From NCBI GenBank assembly GCA_034780895.1, contig JAUZTB010000135.1, forward strand, positions 43,365,458 to 43,429,457: 64,000 bases of DNA, in the 5' to 3' direction. Below, piece after piece: positions 1 to 12,992 of the stretch (positions within the stretch are counted from its first letter, which is position 1; each line of letters begins with the position of its first letter). The notes beneath the pieces are model-generated. The model worked only from the letters and a program-made list of their open reading frames with translations, made no database searches and was not told where the DNA came from. The DNA comes from Rhynchobatus australiae. Taxonomy: Eukaryota. A program made the translations under genes and the position numbers.

Positions 1-896
1 CAATGGGCACCTTCCATGGGGCCAGCCTCTCTGATGGGAACATGGTCGATCTGGTGCATCTCATTGTTGCATGGTTTGCTGCCTGGGAACTGGGTGAGGG
101 AGAAGCTGCAATCCTGGGTTGGGGCCACAACAATTCGGTAGTTGTCAGTGAGCTTTTTGGTGGGTAATGTGCTTTAGGGCCTCTGTATAAGGGCTACTCC
201 CCTTCCTTATCTGCTGTTTCATTTCTTCCTCCCAGTCTTGCTTCCCTTTGTTCACTTCCTTGCCAGACCACAGCACCCCTTCCCTGAATATGACCTGCAC
301 ACAATTACCCAACAGTCTGAATACACTGTGATTCCACATTCAGATTCCAGTATGTCTGATGAATACACAATGAGGTGTCATCATTAGAGCTAAGGCTCTG
401 TGTAAGATTGATTTACGTTTTCCCCCCCCCACCACCTTGTCTCCAAACCCAAGTTACTTCCAACCACTTGTTTCTTGTTCTGAGGACTGAAACTTCATCA
501 GTTTCAGCCTAGCCATGTGCATCCTACCTGGATTACCCTGCAATGGGCACAAACTTGATCGTTCAGTACGTCTGCACCATCCAGTGGATTGAGGAGCTGA
601 AGGGAGGTGGTGCATGGTCACATCGCAGCTTATACCCATCTGGGTTTTGTGGGTCCTTAGTCTCGTGGGGGAGTGATCGGGGAGGGATAGGATTGCTGGT
701 ACAGTTTGAATTTTGTTTCCTTTCCCTTTTCAAAGGATCAACATTTCCAAATCAAGTCAAAAGTGGCAATTGAAGTGTTTGTTTATAAGGAGCTGATCTG
801 AGGACTTGCACATTGTGCTGGGTTTGAGTCAAATTGACTTTGAAAACAATGTCCTGTCAGGCTTCAGATGGGTATTCAGGCTCCACCGGGTATTCA

Positions 897-1061
897 GATA
901 AGATATATCTTTATTAATCACATGTACATGGAAACACGCAGTGAAATACATCTTTTGCGTAGAGTGTGTTCTCGGGGCAGCCCGCAAGTGTCGTCATGCT
1001 TTCGGTGCCAACGTAGCATGTCCACGACTTCCTAACCCGTATGTCTTTGGGATGTGGGAGG
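897..1061 (-). mobile_element. V-SINE-type element, 3' part with AATAAAGA-(TATCT)n tail
   Basis: agataagatatatctttattaatcacatgtacat...gtctttgggatgtgggagg is the reverse complement of a V-domain SINE 3' half. The same tail occurs in + orientation at 57837-57911. Confidence 0.7.
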
Positions 1062-2049
1062 ATAATTGTAAGAGCTCTCTGTGGGACTATGGTTGTTTTA
1101 AAAGAACAGAATTAAAATAAGTTGGGATTTTGCTATGGCTTTGCATCAGGAAGATGCTGAATGCAGCTCAGCACCTTCCTTCAAAGAAGGAGAGCAAAAT
1201 AAATTTGCTCAGGGTTGCACTGTAATCATCTAAGTAGGTCAACTCTCTACCCTCAATAGCAGGATTAAGATCAATACAGGAAGTTTTTGAAAAAAAAAGT
1301 CTGACATTCTGTAAACCATAGGTTTAAATTCCAGTAATGGATATTCTGGGAAACCAGAACAGGAAGTTGTAAAAATGTGCATTCAGAAATGCTGATTCAT
1401 AGGTTTAGGTCACCCTTTGGTCACACAATTTAGCGATGTTATAATGTTTTGTCAGTGCTCAGTTTTGTCAACTTTGTTTCATTGTAAACTGACTGAAGAA
1501 TGGATTCAATTCTGCAGGTGAATAGACAGAATTGCACCTCAACATGCATTATGGCCAGATCAAAACAGAGTTCTCTGTGCAGCTCGTACTTATAATGAAA
1601 TAAAAAAAAAAGATGCTGGCTATAATGCAGTTTGGGTATTACAGCTTTCTTTAATCACTTCTGCATCTTGTGGCTGTTTGGCAGTGCAAATTCTCCAGAA
1701 GAAAGATCGGCTGTATCCTGTACCTTCCATTACTTCCTTGGGTTAGCAATGTGTTTGATGCAGTCTGATCCTCCGTGTAACTTGTGTAATTCTAATTGAA
1801 TGGACATCTTTCCCATTTTATTTTTAGAGAGAAAACTGCTGGAGGCTATTTTGGCTTAATTGATAGCTTAAAATAGAGAACAGGACTCTGGAACTTCCTC
1901 ACAGCCTCTCATTTGTCTCTTTTTTTTAACGCTCTCCTTCAAACTAACCGCTTTAAATAAAGCTTTTAATCATCTCTTCTAATCTTTTTTTGGATCAGCA
2001 TCCATTTTTGTCTGGTCATGTCTTTAAGCATTGTGACTTTTCTCAAAAT

Positions 2050-2280
2050 CAATTTATCTAGCACCTTTAACATCGTAAAACATTTTCTCATTTGCAGGAA
2101 TATGATTGAACAAAATCTCATTCTAAGCCTGATAAAGCAATATTCGGACAGATGTACAAAAGGTTGATCAGATTTGGGTGAAGGGNNNNNNNNNNNNNNN
2201 NNNNNGTGGTGAAGAGTTCTAGGAGAAGCCTAAGCAGCTGAATTGTGGTTGTCAGTAGTAAAAGATGCTTAATGGATGGT
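2050..2280 (-). mobile_element. Degenerate L2-type LINE 3' end
   Basis: atttatctagcacctttaacatcgtaaaaca...gcctaagcagctgaa pattern typical of shark L2/SacSINE tails; similar copy at about 21665-21970. Confidence 0.5.
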
Positions 2281-3069
2281 TATAGTTGATGATAATGGGA
2301 CTCAGTTACTTAAGTTTTGCAGGATCTGTGTCTATTGGGGAAAATCATATTAAATGCCATCTTGAGTATATTTGACATACTACTCCTTAAATAGAATTGA
2401 ACATTTGAAATGGGTTTCTCAATTTAAAAATAACCCAGGAGATTAGCCAAGTTCTTTAGCTCCTGACAGTGCATCAATGCACAGAATTTACAGTACAGAA
2501 GTAGGGCATTCAGCCCAGTCTCTGTAGGAGCTTACACTTTATATGAGCCTCTTCACACAAAACAGAACTACTAACCCTATTTGCGTGTCCTTCACCAGAG
2601 CAGAGAAGGTGATGAGATAAATCTGTTAACTGTGATTTGTCTAACTTCAAATGTAGTTTTGGACTCTGGAATGTATTGTGAAACTGCATTATGTCCAAGT
2701 TGATTAGTGTTAATGCTGTGTAAATAAAATCGTCTGGTAATCACAACATGAGTTAAGTTTCAGTTTTCAATTGCATAGGAGTTCCGCAGAGAAGTGAAAG
2801 AAACATACATACATATGAACGCTTTTAAGAATTAAAACTGAGAATGTTGAAAACCTTTTTATTTGACTGTGTTCCAAGCTTGGATAATAAACTAACTTAA
2901 GAGTACTATTCCATTGTTCATTTTTAATTGTGGCATGTACTTCACTGACATTGGAAATCACAGACGAAAGATCAACTATATCCTGTACCCTCTATAATTC
3001 CTGGGGTTAGTAGTTTCTTTGATGCAATCTGATCCTTGTCTTAAGGGGAGAGATGGAAAGGAGTTAGTG

Positions 3070-3665
3070 TTTGGATGAACCTGGGTATCCTGTATAAATC
3101 TTGAAGTTAATGTGCATGTATGTCATCCTTTATTGCAAGAGGAATTGAGTACAGAAGTAGAGTTGTTCAAGTTATTTAGGGCTCTGGTGCAACCACATCT
3201 TGAAACCACACCAAAGTCTGGTCTCCCAACCTAAGATTGCTGCACTTCCTCTATCAAGTACAGTGGGTCAGTTGGTTGTTTCCTGGAATGGAGTGACAAA
3301 GCAGATTGGTCTGTATTGTCAGGTTTTGAAAAATGTGAGATGATCTCATTGGATAGTACAAAATTCTTGCAGGTCTTGATGGAACAGGTGGGGTTGATCC
3401 TTCCTCTGCTGACATGCCTGAAACTGAGGGTCTTTGTCTCATAATAAGGAGTTGGCTATTCAGGACAGAGGGTGATGAATGTTTGGAATCTCTTCTAAGA
3501 TGGCTGTGAATGCTTATTCACTGAATATATTCAAGGCAGAGGTAGGTAGATTAGAATGGAATCTGAGATATGGAGTTGGTTCAGGAAGGTTGCGCTGAGG
3601 TAGAAGATCACCTATCTAATTGAAAGGTGGAGTCATAAGGGGCCAAATGGTGTAATCCTATTATT
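3070..3665 (+). mobile_element. CR1 LINE 3' fragment (RT C-terminus and tail)
   Basis: tttattgcaagaggaattgagtacagaagt (FIARGIEY), gctctggtgcaaccacatcttgaa (LVRPHLE-like), and tail ggggccaaatgg. Confidence 0.7.
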
Positions 3666-4979
3666 GTTAAATCTGCAAACCAATTTTATCAATTTATAAA
3701 GTTACCAAGAATTGGAAATGTTGAGAATAACTAAGGGAACTGTAACTTTTAAGTGTATTAGGTCTTTCTACAGTTTTTATTCAAATCTTAGTAAGTGTAA
3801 GGTGATTTTACTTTGCACTATTTTCATAAAATAGTCTGCAATTTTTAGATATGTTTCTGTACACCCCACGCACATACTTGTTTAAAAAGGCAATGACTAA
3901 TTTTCCTTTAAGTGATTTACAAGGTTGTAATTTAATCCTGAGAATCAGAGCGTAGGTACTAAAGGGTCAAATTAAAGCTTTATACTTTTATTTTCTGCGC
4001 ATCATTTAAAATAACGTTATCTGATGCTCACCATCACCTGTGTAGATTAATTTGAGGTCTGGAGCACGGTGATAATGTTCATTCCCTATCTGCCCTGTCA
4101 TTTTAAGGCAACAAGAAAGTAGTCCCAGCAGGAGGCAAACCCAAAAAGATCTTAGGGTCAATGAGAGACTGAATAATTTTATCAGAAGGTAGCGTAAGTT
4201 GTCAACTGTTGGCCTTTCTGCTTTTACGTCAGCAGCCTCTCCAAGTTAACACAAGGAGAAAGCTGGCTTTCTTTCTCCTTTTCAACAGAAGCTTAGGTTT
4301 GTTATTTGTGATTTGTTGTCATTATAAACAAAATCTGGGGTCGGATGCCTGATGTGATGAGCGTGGTCCAAATTTTTATATAAATGAATAGGTTGGATAT
4401 TTTTACATTAACTGAATCGAACAGTCAGGAATGCCTCTGTTGAATTTTGAGGACGACCTAAGAGAATGTCATCATTATGCACATATTCACATACATTTTT
4501 ATGCTAAGGCTGTTTATGAAAGAATTGGTGTCATTGGTACAAGCAACCTTTTATTTGTTGTATTCTTCTGTTATGNNNNNNNNNNNNNNNNNNNNNNNNN
4601 NNNNNNNNNNNNNNNNNNNNNNNNNNNNNNNNNNNNNNNNNNNNNNNNNNNNNNNNNNNNNNNNNNNNNNNNNNNATGGAGAGATCCCGAGTTCATGAGT
4701 GATGTAATGTAAATACAAGTTCATTCTTTCATTATTGACATCTGTTGCAGAGGAATGGCTATCAGTCTTCAGTCTTTTAAAATCCACCGTTGTATTCTTG
4801 GAGACTCATTCAAAGTCGATATTTACTCTTTTTTTAAGAGTAGATAATCCGTGTAATGTGTCGAAGATGAAATAATATGAGAGACAGGACTACACATGCA
4901 GGGTAAGGGTAGCTACCCAAATGCATGTTATACAAGAAATAAAACAGAGCAAAAAGCACAAATTATCACATAGTAGCCA

Positions 4980-5480
4980 TTTGAACCTAGCTGGAAGTAT
5001 AGTATTGTAAAGGGGAGAATTTCAGCAGGAATTGTGTGACCAAACAATGAAAACACAAAATAGAGTTAAGAAAATGCAAAGTGATAAAATTCTGGTGGAT
5101 CTACAGACAACCTAACAGTAGTGATGTGAAAAGGGTGGGATAGTGGTGTGAGGTTGTATAATGATAGAGATGGGGGGTGGGGGATGGGGAAACATTATTA
5201 TGAAAAATTTAATACTCTCCTTCTGAAGTAGTGTGAAAATTAGTTTGATTTGTTTTCTGGAACAATCATTTGGGAACAACAAAGGAGAAAGCTGTGCTAA
5301 GTCTAGAAAAAAGAGAATTTGTTAACATTCTGAAGTGAAGGCTGACATTTGAGGATAGCTACCATTGTGGATAATTCTGATATTAAGTTTAAGGACAAAG
5401 GGAGAGTCAAAAACCAAGGGTTTGGATTCAAGTTAAGGCAAGTTTTGAAGAACTTGACCCCAATAAACAAGGTTAAACTT
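4980..5480 (+). mobile_element. Highly degenerate CR1 ORF2 endonuclease-region fragment
   Basis: tacagacaacctaacagtagt (YRPPNS-like) with similar flanking motifs. Confidence 0.4.
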
Positions 5481-5814
5481 CTATGCCAGGCACTTCATAT
5501 ATGAACTTCTTTTTAGGTTGCCCCCCTGGGATTGAGGATGTCTTGCATTCACGCCAGTTCTGAGGGATAGAAGATGCTCTCTCAAGTCAGTGTGATTTGC
5601 TATTGTGTAACTATTAAACACCATACAGACTTGACAGAACAAGGACTTGGTCTGATGGCAAAGAGATCAAAGATGTTTGGAGTTGAGCAGATATAGTAAA
5701 GAAGTTAGGCAAGGTTCAAGCCAAATGAGGTGGTTTTCACAAATAGTGATTAGTGAACTGGGACAGCTATTAAAAGTCAGTTAAAGGGCATTTATGTGGA
5801 GATCAGGATGTTCT

Positions 5815-5995
5815 GAAGCACTTTATACTCAATGAACTGCTGTTACTTTTGAAGTATAATTACTGTTATAATGTAGGCAAACACAGCAGCCAATTTGTAC
5901 ACATTCCAACATAGGAATGAGATACATGACCAGATCTTTTGTTGAATGATTTGAGGTATTTGCTGAAAGATACTTTGAAAAATCCCCTGAAATTA
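5815..5995 (-). mobile_element. SacSINE/DeuSINE-like fragment
   Basis: tactttgaagtataattactgttataatgtaggcaaacacagcagccaatttgtacaca...atgaccagat resembles the Deu-domain reverse complement. Confidence 0.55.
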
Positions 5996-6004
5996 TTCAG
6001 ATGC

Positions 6005-6605
6005 AGCCAAGTAACACTATCCTGGCTGTAGCACAAAAGACCTGTGCTCCATAGATGGCTGTGCTTCTAGCCAAGCTGTTCCAATAGTGTTACAATGCTG
6101 CATTATGGCTAACAATATTGAAGATTGCCCATTATTCCCCAGAAAGCAGGACAAATCCAATCTGGATAATCATCCAATCAGTCTACTCTCAATGGTGAAA
6201 TATGTCCTCAACAATGCTGTCAGATGGCACATGCTCACTAATAATCTGCTCACTGATGCCCATTTTGGTTTTCACCAGGATCACAGAGCTCCAGACTTCA
6301 TCTCAATCTTGGTCTGAAAAGAGAATTAATGAGGTGAAAAAGACATCTGGGCAGCATTTGACTCAGTGCAGCATCAAGGAACCTTTAGAAAACACACATT
6401 GGTGTACATCAAGGGGAAACTGCTTCAATGTTATGTTTTTCCAAAGTCATGCAGCTTAAGATGGTTGGAATGATTGACCATCATCCCAGGTTCAGAATAA
6501 CTGCAGAAGTTCCTTAGGGTAAAGTCGTAGACCCAGCCATCTTCAACTGCTTTATCAATGGCCTTTGATTGCAAGGTCAGAAGTGGGGATCTTCGCTAAT
6601 GTAAT
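6005..6605 (+). mobile_element. L2/CR1-clade LINE RT fragment; its tail resumes at about 7288-7375
   Basis: KQDKSN..N.PISLLS and NNLLTDAHFGFHQ RT motifs in ORF 6087-6317; tail tagggatgggcaataa...aataaa at about 7300-7375. Confidence 0.7.
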
Positions 6606-7288
6606 ATTCAAGAAATGAGACCAGGAGTAGCCTGCTTTACTCCTTGAGCCTGCTCTGCCAATTAACAATATTATAGTTGATCTTCTACTTCAGCACCTTT
6701 TCAATCTATTCCCATATCCCTTGATTTTTGTAAGATCCAGAAATCTTTCTCAATTTTAAATGAAATCAGTGTCCGAGTTTCCATAGAACCCTGGGGCAGA
6801 GAATTGCAAAAAGTTACTGCTCATTGAAGAAACCTCTGCTTATATCAGCCCAAGTTGCCTACTCTTTATTTTGAGTCTGTGATTTGTAATTTGAGACAAC
6901 TCAACATTGTGATATATTCTCCCCATATCTAGCTGGTCGAGCCCTCGAAATTTGTATGTTTCATTGAAGTCGCCACTCATTCTTCTAAGTATGAGAATAA
7001 GGGACTAGCCTACTCAGCTCATATGGCAGATCTGCTGTCCAGGAACTCTCCAGTTAGGTGAATTATTGCTGGACTTCCTCCATAGCAATAGTTCTTTGGA
7101 AAAGGAGACCAAAATTGTACACAATAACCCCAAAGTATAGTTTCAGCAAAGCCCTACATAATTTCAGTAAGTCATCTTGATTTCTGCATTCAGATTGTTT
7201 TGCAATAAAGACCAATGTGGCATTTGCCTTCCTAATTACTTGCTTCACCTGCATGTTAATCTTCAGTAACTTGTGTACAAAGGCATCC
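6606..7288 (-). mobile_element. CR1 LINE 3' fragment
   Basis: ORF 7063-7290: QVKQVIRKANATLVFIAK...LLKLCRAL (CR1 RT C-terminus); CR1 tail reverse complement gagaccaggagtag at about 6618. Confidence 0.75.
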
Positions 7289-7999
7289 ACCTTGAGTAAT
7301 TAGGGATGGGCAATAACTGTTAACCTTGCCAATGATGTACAAGTTCCAAAACCAGAATAAAGAATTAAAAAAAATTGAGGCTAGTTGGGTTAGCAATACT
7401 GCTACAGGTATCTGTTGACCAACACTGACAGCTTGATGAAGATTGCAAAAAATTTAATGCAAATTTTCCACTTTTGACAAGTGATGAGAAAGTTAACAGT
7501 TCTTGAAATATTAGAGGTAGTGGTAATGAGTCCATAAGAAGATAGGTGCAGGCAGGATTAAAATGGACTATAAAGAAATGAAAATATTTTGTAACAAAAA
7601 CAAAATGCTGGAAGCAGCATCAGTGGAAAGGGGAGCAGAGTCCAAGGCCCTTTATCAGATTTTTGATAAATTTTGAGTATTTTTGTAATTGGTTTGTACA
7701 ATAGTGAGAGACCAAAATATCAGACGTACAAGAAAACACAAAGATAATTCAAGTGATGAAACTTTGTGGGTTAATATAATCTAGAAAAGGAGTGATGATG
7801 AGTAAAATCCATTTGAANNNNNNNNNNNNNNNNNNNNNNNNNNNNNNNNNNNNNNNNNNNNNNNNNNNNNNNNNNNNNNNNNNNNNNNNNNNNNNNNNNN
7901 NNNNNNNNNNNNNNNNNAAAGGAGTGATGATGAGTAAAATCCATTTGAACAATCAGTTGAAATTTTTGAGATTGTTACCAGCATGGCCTTCATTGGAGA

Positions 8000-8640
8000 G
8001 TTGGAATTTTTGTAGACATCGAGAAAGCATTAACAAAAATGTAGAGAATTGGCTCTTATGTTCTAGCAGTGATTGGGAATAAGGTGGTAGAAAATGGCTG
8101 GAAATAACATTCCATCTCCTCCCCTCCTCCTCAGACCCTCAATAATTGCATCTGGGGATTCAGGTTTGCAGCATCTGTGACTTGATTAGGGACTAGGGAA
8201 AATAGAAACTTGGATATCCAAGTTTACAGAGCACATCAGAGCTGCAAATTCTATAGATCGGAGCAGGAAGCTGCAAATATGAAACTGAACCAGCAGATGG
8301 AGTTTAATGTGGGTGAAGTGTGAGCATTCAGGAAAAATGAGCATTATTATTGTAAGAGACTAAACTGAGGGTGCAGAGAGGTTTTGATACACAAATCATG
8401 ATTGAAAAGGCTAATGGACTGGTTGACATTTCCTCGCTTCTTCTATTCCTGTTCGTATAGTGATGAATTAGTTATATAGAACATTCATCAGAACCCATTG
8501 GGAGTTCAGTGTTTCATTTAGAGCATTGTGCATTTTGGACAACATACTAAAGGTGGTAAGTGGATGAGAGATGCAGATCAGTTATCATCTAATTAAATGT
8601 CAGAGGAGATCAAAAAGCACGCAATCCTGTTTTTGCTATC
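8000..8640 (+). mobile_element. Degenerate CR1 RT fragment
   Basis: IENWL-like segment, SKF, and cagatggagtttaatgtgg..aagtgtgag (QMEFNV.KCE) motifs. Confidence 0.5.
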
Positions 8641-10049
8641 ACTTTTTAACTGTGTGGTAAAATAGTGAATTTGGATAAGTGTGTGATGAAATGCCAGCTA
8701 ACCTGGTGGCTACAGAATCAGAAAACAAATGACTTCTCTGCTGGGTTAGGATTTAAATGGATAATAGAACAAATGTCATGTGTGTGTTGAGTACCACTCT
8801 GATTCAGCTGGATGCAATTTAAAGCTGAATGTATCTGAGCTGGCTTTTGTGAAGAATACCTGGAGCAAATAAAAAACCTGGATGATTCTGACCCTCCTAA
8901 ATTTGCTGGTGGAGCACTATCATGAAGTTTAATCTAACTCTGGATAAATTATGCTATGCAAATTAGGCACTTTTGGTTCCTGTCAACTCTAACCACTCCA
9001 CCATGTGATCCATGATGAGAAGGATGCTGAATCATACCTGACTAGCAGGAAAAAGATTAAGTTCAATGCAAATTTATTGTGGCCATCAGGGTAAATGTGC
9101 AAAGGCCAAATTATGAAATGAGACATTGTTTCTTTTCCCACTGTCAAGTGGTAAATATCATTGTAAATATTTTTTTAATAAAATTTGCTAGCTGCTTTTT
9201 TTTAATTTTAACGATTCAGTTATCTCAATGATTGACTTAAGATTTTGCATATACACTTACTGGAACTCAAATTGGGCAATTGGTCTGATATGGGTATAGA
9301 TTTCAATCCTTGGAGTTTTTCATTAATTTGGGTTCCATGGTATTGGCTTGGGCAATTTTGTTAAGTTTCCAAATTCCATTTTGTCTGCATAGGTTAACTG
9401 CAATCACATAAACCCCTTTTGTCCTGGAATCTATGTTTTGTGGTTAGTTTGAATGAGGTAACAAGTATCTATTTTCAAATAGTGATATAAAGTACCAATG
9501 ATTACTTAACTGTGAGCTGTTATTTGGCAATAGTTCTGATAATTCTATTAAGTAACAGTTTTTGTTTGGCTGTCCTTGAAAATGCCCTTGTGATAAAATG
9601 ATGAAACCAAGAAATTAGTTGTGAATAACTATTGGTGAAGAGAATGAAGGATTATAAAGGTTGGATTGCTAACTTTTGCATGTGGGCAAGACTTAAATCA
9701 AAATAGTCACTATTTATATCATTAAACATTTCCTTTAGGGGAAAAAAATCCCTTTTATATTGTGGAAAGGAGCACTTTTTAGTAGTTAACAATCATTTTC
9801 ATCTCCATGAATCTTATCAGTTGGAGTTTTAGATATTTTCGGGTCCAATTAGGGACTTTTCACTTTAAAGTTCACGTAAGGTGTTTTGCACATGTTCTAA
9901 CCATTTTTGCTTGTGATTTGCTATGCTAATTGGGAATAATTTGTTATTAAGCAATGGATGAAAAGTGCAATAGTCTATCATATTTTGTTTAATCATGATT
10001 TGTTCACTTTGCTGACTCGTATTTAACTTCACATGAGACCTATCTGGTT

Positions 10050-10930
10050 TGTTAAAGAGATTCTGTACTCCTTTTATTTGCTTAGCTTGCAAAGAGGTGT
10101 GCTTGTATAGTGCTTCATTCATGGGCCAAGGATTTCCATGAGTTGATGAGACTTTTGCATTTCTTTCCAAAGAGGCTTTGAGAACATCTGTGTAATGTTT
10201 TCTGTCCTCTTGGAAATCAGTTGCCATGACAGAACTCAGGGTGGAGTGACTGTTTTGTAAGACCGGTGTTAGGTGTGCGGGGGTTATAGCTCATCCAAGA
10301 GACCCAGATGAGCACAATTAAAGCCTCGTATTGGACTGGGAGATAGCATTGATGTTGGCCTATTCCTCCCTGCTGCCAGTGGATTTAGAACATTGGTGGT
10401 ACAGTGCTTTGAAGTGCTTGCTGTAATCCATTGTCTCCAGAGCACATGGGAAGGCAGAAGTGCTGATGTCAGGTATACTAGGAATTTGGGAATAGGTAAT
10501 CTTTGAACACTTTCCTTGACTGAGGAGGGGGAATGAGTTACTCTGTGGAGGTATGCTTGTGGTAGAGCTTTGTTTCATGGATGTTTAGAATAAGGCTCAT
10601 TCACTTTCACACTTCACTGAAGATCCACCGCTGGAGTCTGCATATATGTAAGCAGGTGACATTTGCATACTGCACATTGATGATGATGGTGCAGTGACCT
10701 AGGTTTTGGAGTGGAGGTGTAGAAGGTTGAATAGTTTCCCATTTGTCCCTTAGGTTAGCTCCATTCCATTGGAGCTTGTTGGAGGTAAAAAAGATTGGAA
10801 CAGTTCCTCTCAGTCTACAGCAGTCGTGTAAAATGTTTGATGCTGCTTCCTGCCTTTTTCTTGAAGTCATTGAGTGATGAACAAGTCTATGGCATCTCTT
10901 AATGAACAGAATCTGCACTGAGTCAGAGTA
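10050..10930 (-). mobile_element. Degenerate RTE-clade LINE fragment
   Basis: ORF 10360-10578 ...ETMDYSKHFKALYHQC resembles the RTE motif ETWTTYSRHLKALEKYHQRCL; KHYTDVLKASL resembles the RTE C-terminus. Confidence 0.55.
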
Positions 10931-12405
10931 ATTTTCCTGCCACTGGGCAGACGTTGGGGAGATTCCTTATAGTAACTTTCTCTGTAACAGACAGAAATAT
11001 AACTCCTCAGTACTAGAGTTAGATTTCTCTTTTAAAAAAAGACTATGATGTTGCCTCTGAGGTTCTAATAACATGCACTCTTCCCACAGCAGGGAGGTGA
11101 GGCTCTGAATTTGTGCCTGGAAATTCCCTTCTATGCATTTTTTTAGAACATCATTATTGATAGTATTTTCTCCTGTTTTTAGTGGTCAATAGCAGCATTA
11201 GAAAGAATTTGGCTTAAAGGCAAAAGCAGAGGCTGGGGGCAAACTTAATTTGCAGAAGGAAGGATGTGCAAATTTTTTTTTCCTCTGATTTTGTTGCTGG
11301 GGCCACTCTTTTGAAGTGTATTAATTATGAAGATGTGAATATGCAGTGTAAAATTTCTGACACAAAACTTGGAAGCATGATAAACAGTGGGGGGGGGGAG
11401 GTGGGATTGAAATAGTGTGAAAATGGGCAGATAANNNNNNNNNNNNNNNNNNNNNNNNNNNNNNNNNNNNNNNNNNNNNNNNNNNNNNNNNNNNNNNNNN
11501 NNNNNNNNNNNNNNNNNNNNNNNNNNNNNNNNNNNNNNNNNNNNNNNNNNNNNNNNNNNNNNNNNNNNNNNNNNNNNNNNNNNNNNNNNNNNNNNGTAGT
11601 TAGCAAAGCATATAGGATCACGGGAATCATGGAATGTCAAGAAGGAAAGTTATGCTGAGCATGAATGAAACACAGGGTCCCCATATGTACACCCAGATCC
11701 CTCTGTTCCACAGCTTTTTGGAACTATGTGCCACTTCATTATAGTGACCCTCACTTCTTTTATGCCAGTGTGTATCACTTCAGACTTCTCTAAACAAAAT
11801 TTCAGCTACCACTTATCTGCCTGTTTGAGCAAAAGATACAAGGAGATGTAAGGCAGAGCATTTTTATGCAGATTATATGATCTCTAATTCATTACCTTTA
11901 GCAGCCGACATAGAATTGATAGACCCGGATATTTACTTCCTCTGCCAGAACAATTTTGATTCCATGAATTAATTAAAAGCCACTCTGAATGGGGAAACTA
12001 TTTGCCATGGTTAAAACATTGGTTTTGTTGCTTCCCCTACCATGTTTGTTAGTTTTAAACTGTTGTGTATTAGCTTTGTAACAGTGTTGAAGATAAATGT
12101 ACTTTAACAAAAGTTCTTTTTAAAAACACAGAAGTTAGCAATGGCAAGCAATGTTAAACAGATTATGCTGGTGCAAAGAATGAGAAATACCAATTGTAGC
12201 CAGAGTATGGAAGATTTTATGTTTCCTGTTCTTTTGCTTTACAGGAATCTTGGAACAATTTTTCTAGCAAACTGCCTTCTGATCTCCCAAGGGTAGCTGC
12301 ATTTGAAGAATGAGAAAGTTATAGAAGATGGATTAGGGCTTGGAAGAACACTGGTTTGTAGCAAGTTTCCAGGGCTGGAACCTCTGCAAGAGGTGTGGAA
12401 GAGAA

Positions 12406-12992
12406 ATGAGCTTGCATCGCAATCAACAAGTGGACTCGGACCGTGATCTACAGTCCTCTGCATCCTCAGTTAGTTTACCTTCGGTTAAAAAGGCACCAAA
12501 GAAGCGTCGCCTGTCACTCGGGTCTCTCTTTCGAAGGAAAAAGGAGTCAAAACGAAAGTCCAGGGACTTAAATGGGGGAGTTGATGGAATTGCAAGTATC
12601 GAAAGCATTCATTCAGAACTTTGTAATGACAAGAACTCGATATTGTCAACCTGTGGCTCATCTGAAAGTGGGACTGCATCCACTGACAAACAAAGTGGAG
12701 ACTTTCTTGAATGCCCTTTGTGCCTTTTGCGTCAATCTAAGGACAAATTCCCAGACATTATGACTTGCCACCACAGGTCGTGTGGAGATTGCTTGCGGCA
12801 ATACTTGCGAATTGAGATCTCAGAAAGTAGGGTTAATATCAGCTGCCCAGAGTGTACTGAGAAATTCAATCCCCATGATATCCAGTTGATTTTAAATGAT
12901 GATGTGCTGATGGAAAAATATGAGGAATTCATGCTGCGCCGTTGGTTGGTAGCAGATCCAGACTGCAGATGGTGCCCTGCTCCTGATTGTGG
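12406..12992 (+). CDS. RNF19A: RNF19A first coding exon (exon 2; acceptor at 12245): N-terminus, RING1 and start of IBR
   Basis: Translates [35 protein letters not shown]...CPLCLL...CHHRSCGDC...CPEC...WCPAPDCG, very close to vertebrate RNF19A. Acceptor ttttgctttacag| ends at 12244; donor GG|gtaagg starts at 12993 (phase 2). The ORF track's 12340 start is a TTG just after an in-frame TAG, so the first usable ATG is 12406. Confidence 0.96.

Noticed and set aside
7786-7949. Identical 32-mer (aaaggagtgatgatgagtaaaatccatttgaa, containing a C-box-like GTGATGA) on both sides of a gap
   Set aside because: An exact duplicate flanking a 100-N gap indicates an unmerged contig overlap. No D box or terminal stem supports a snoRNA.
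12340-12405. 22-aa N-terminal extension of RNF19A in the ORF track
   Set aside because: It starts at a TTG just after an in-frame TAG and has no similarity to the known RNF19A N-terminus.
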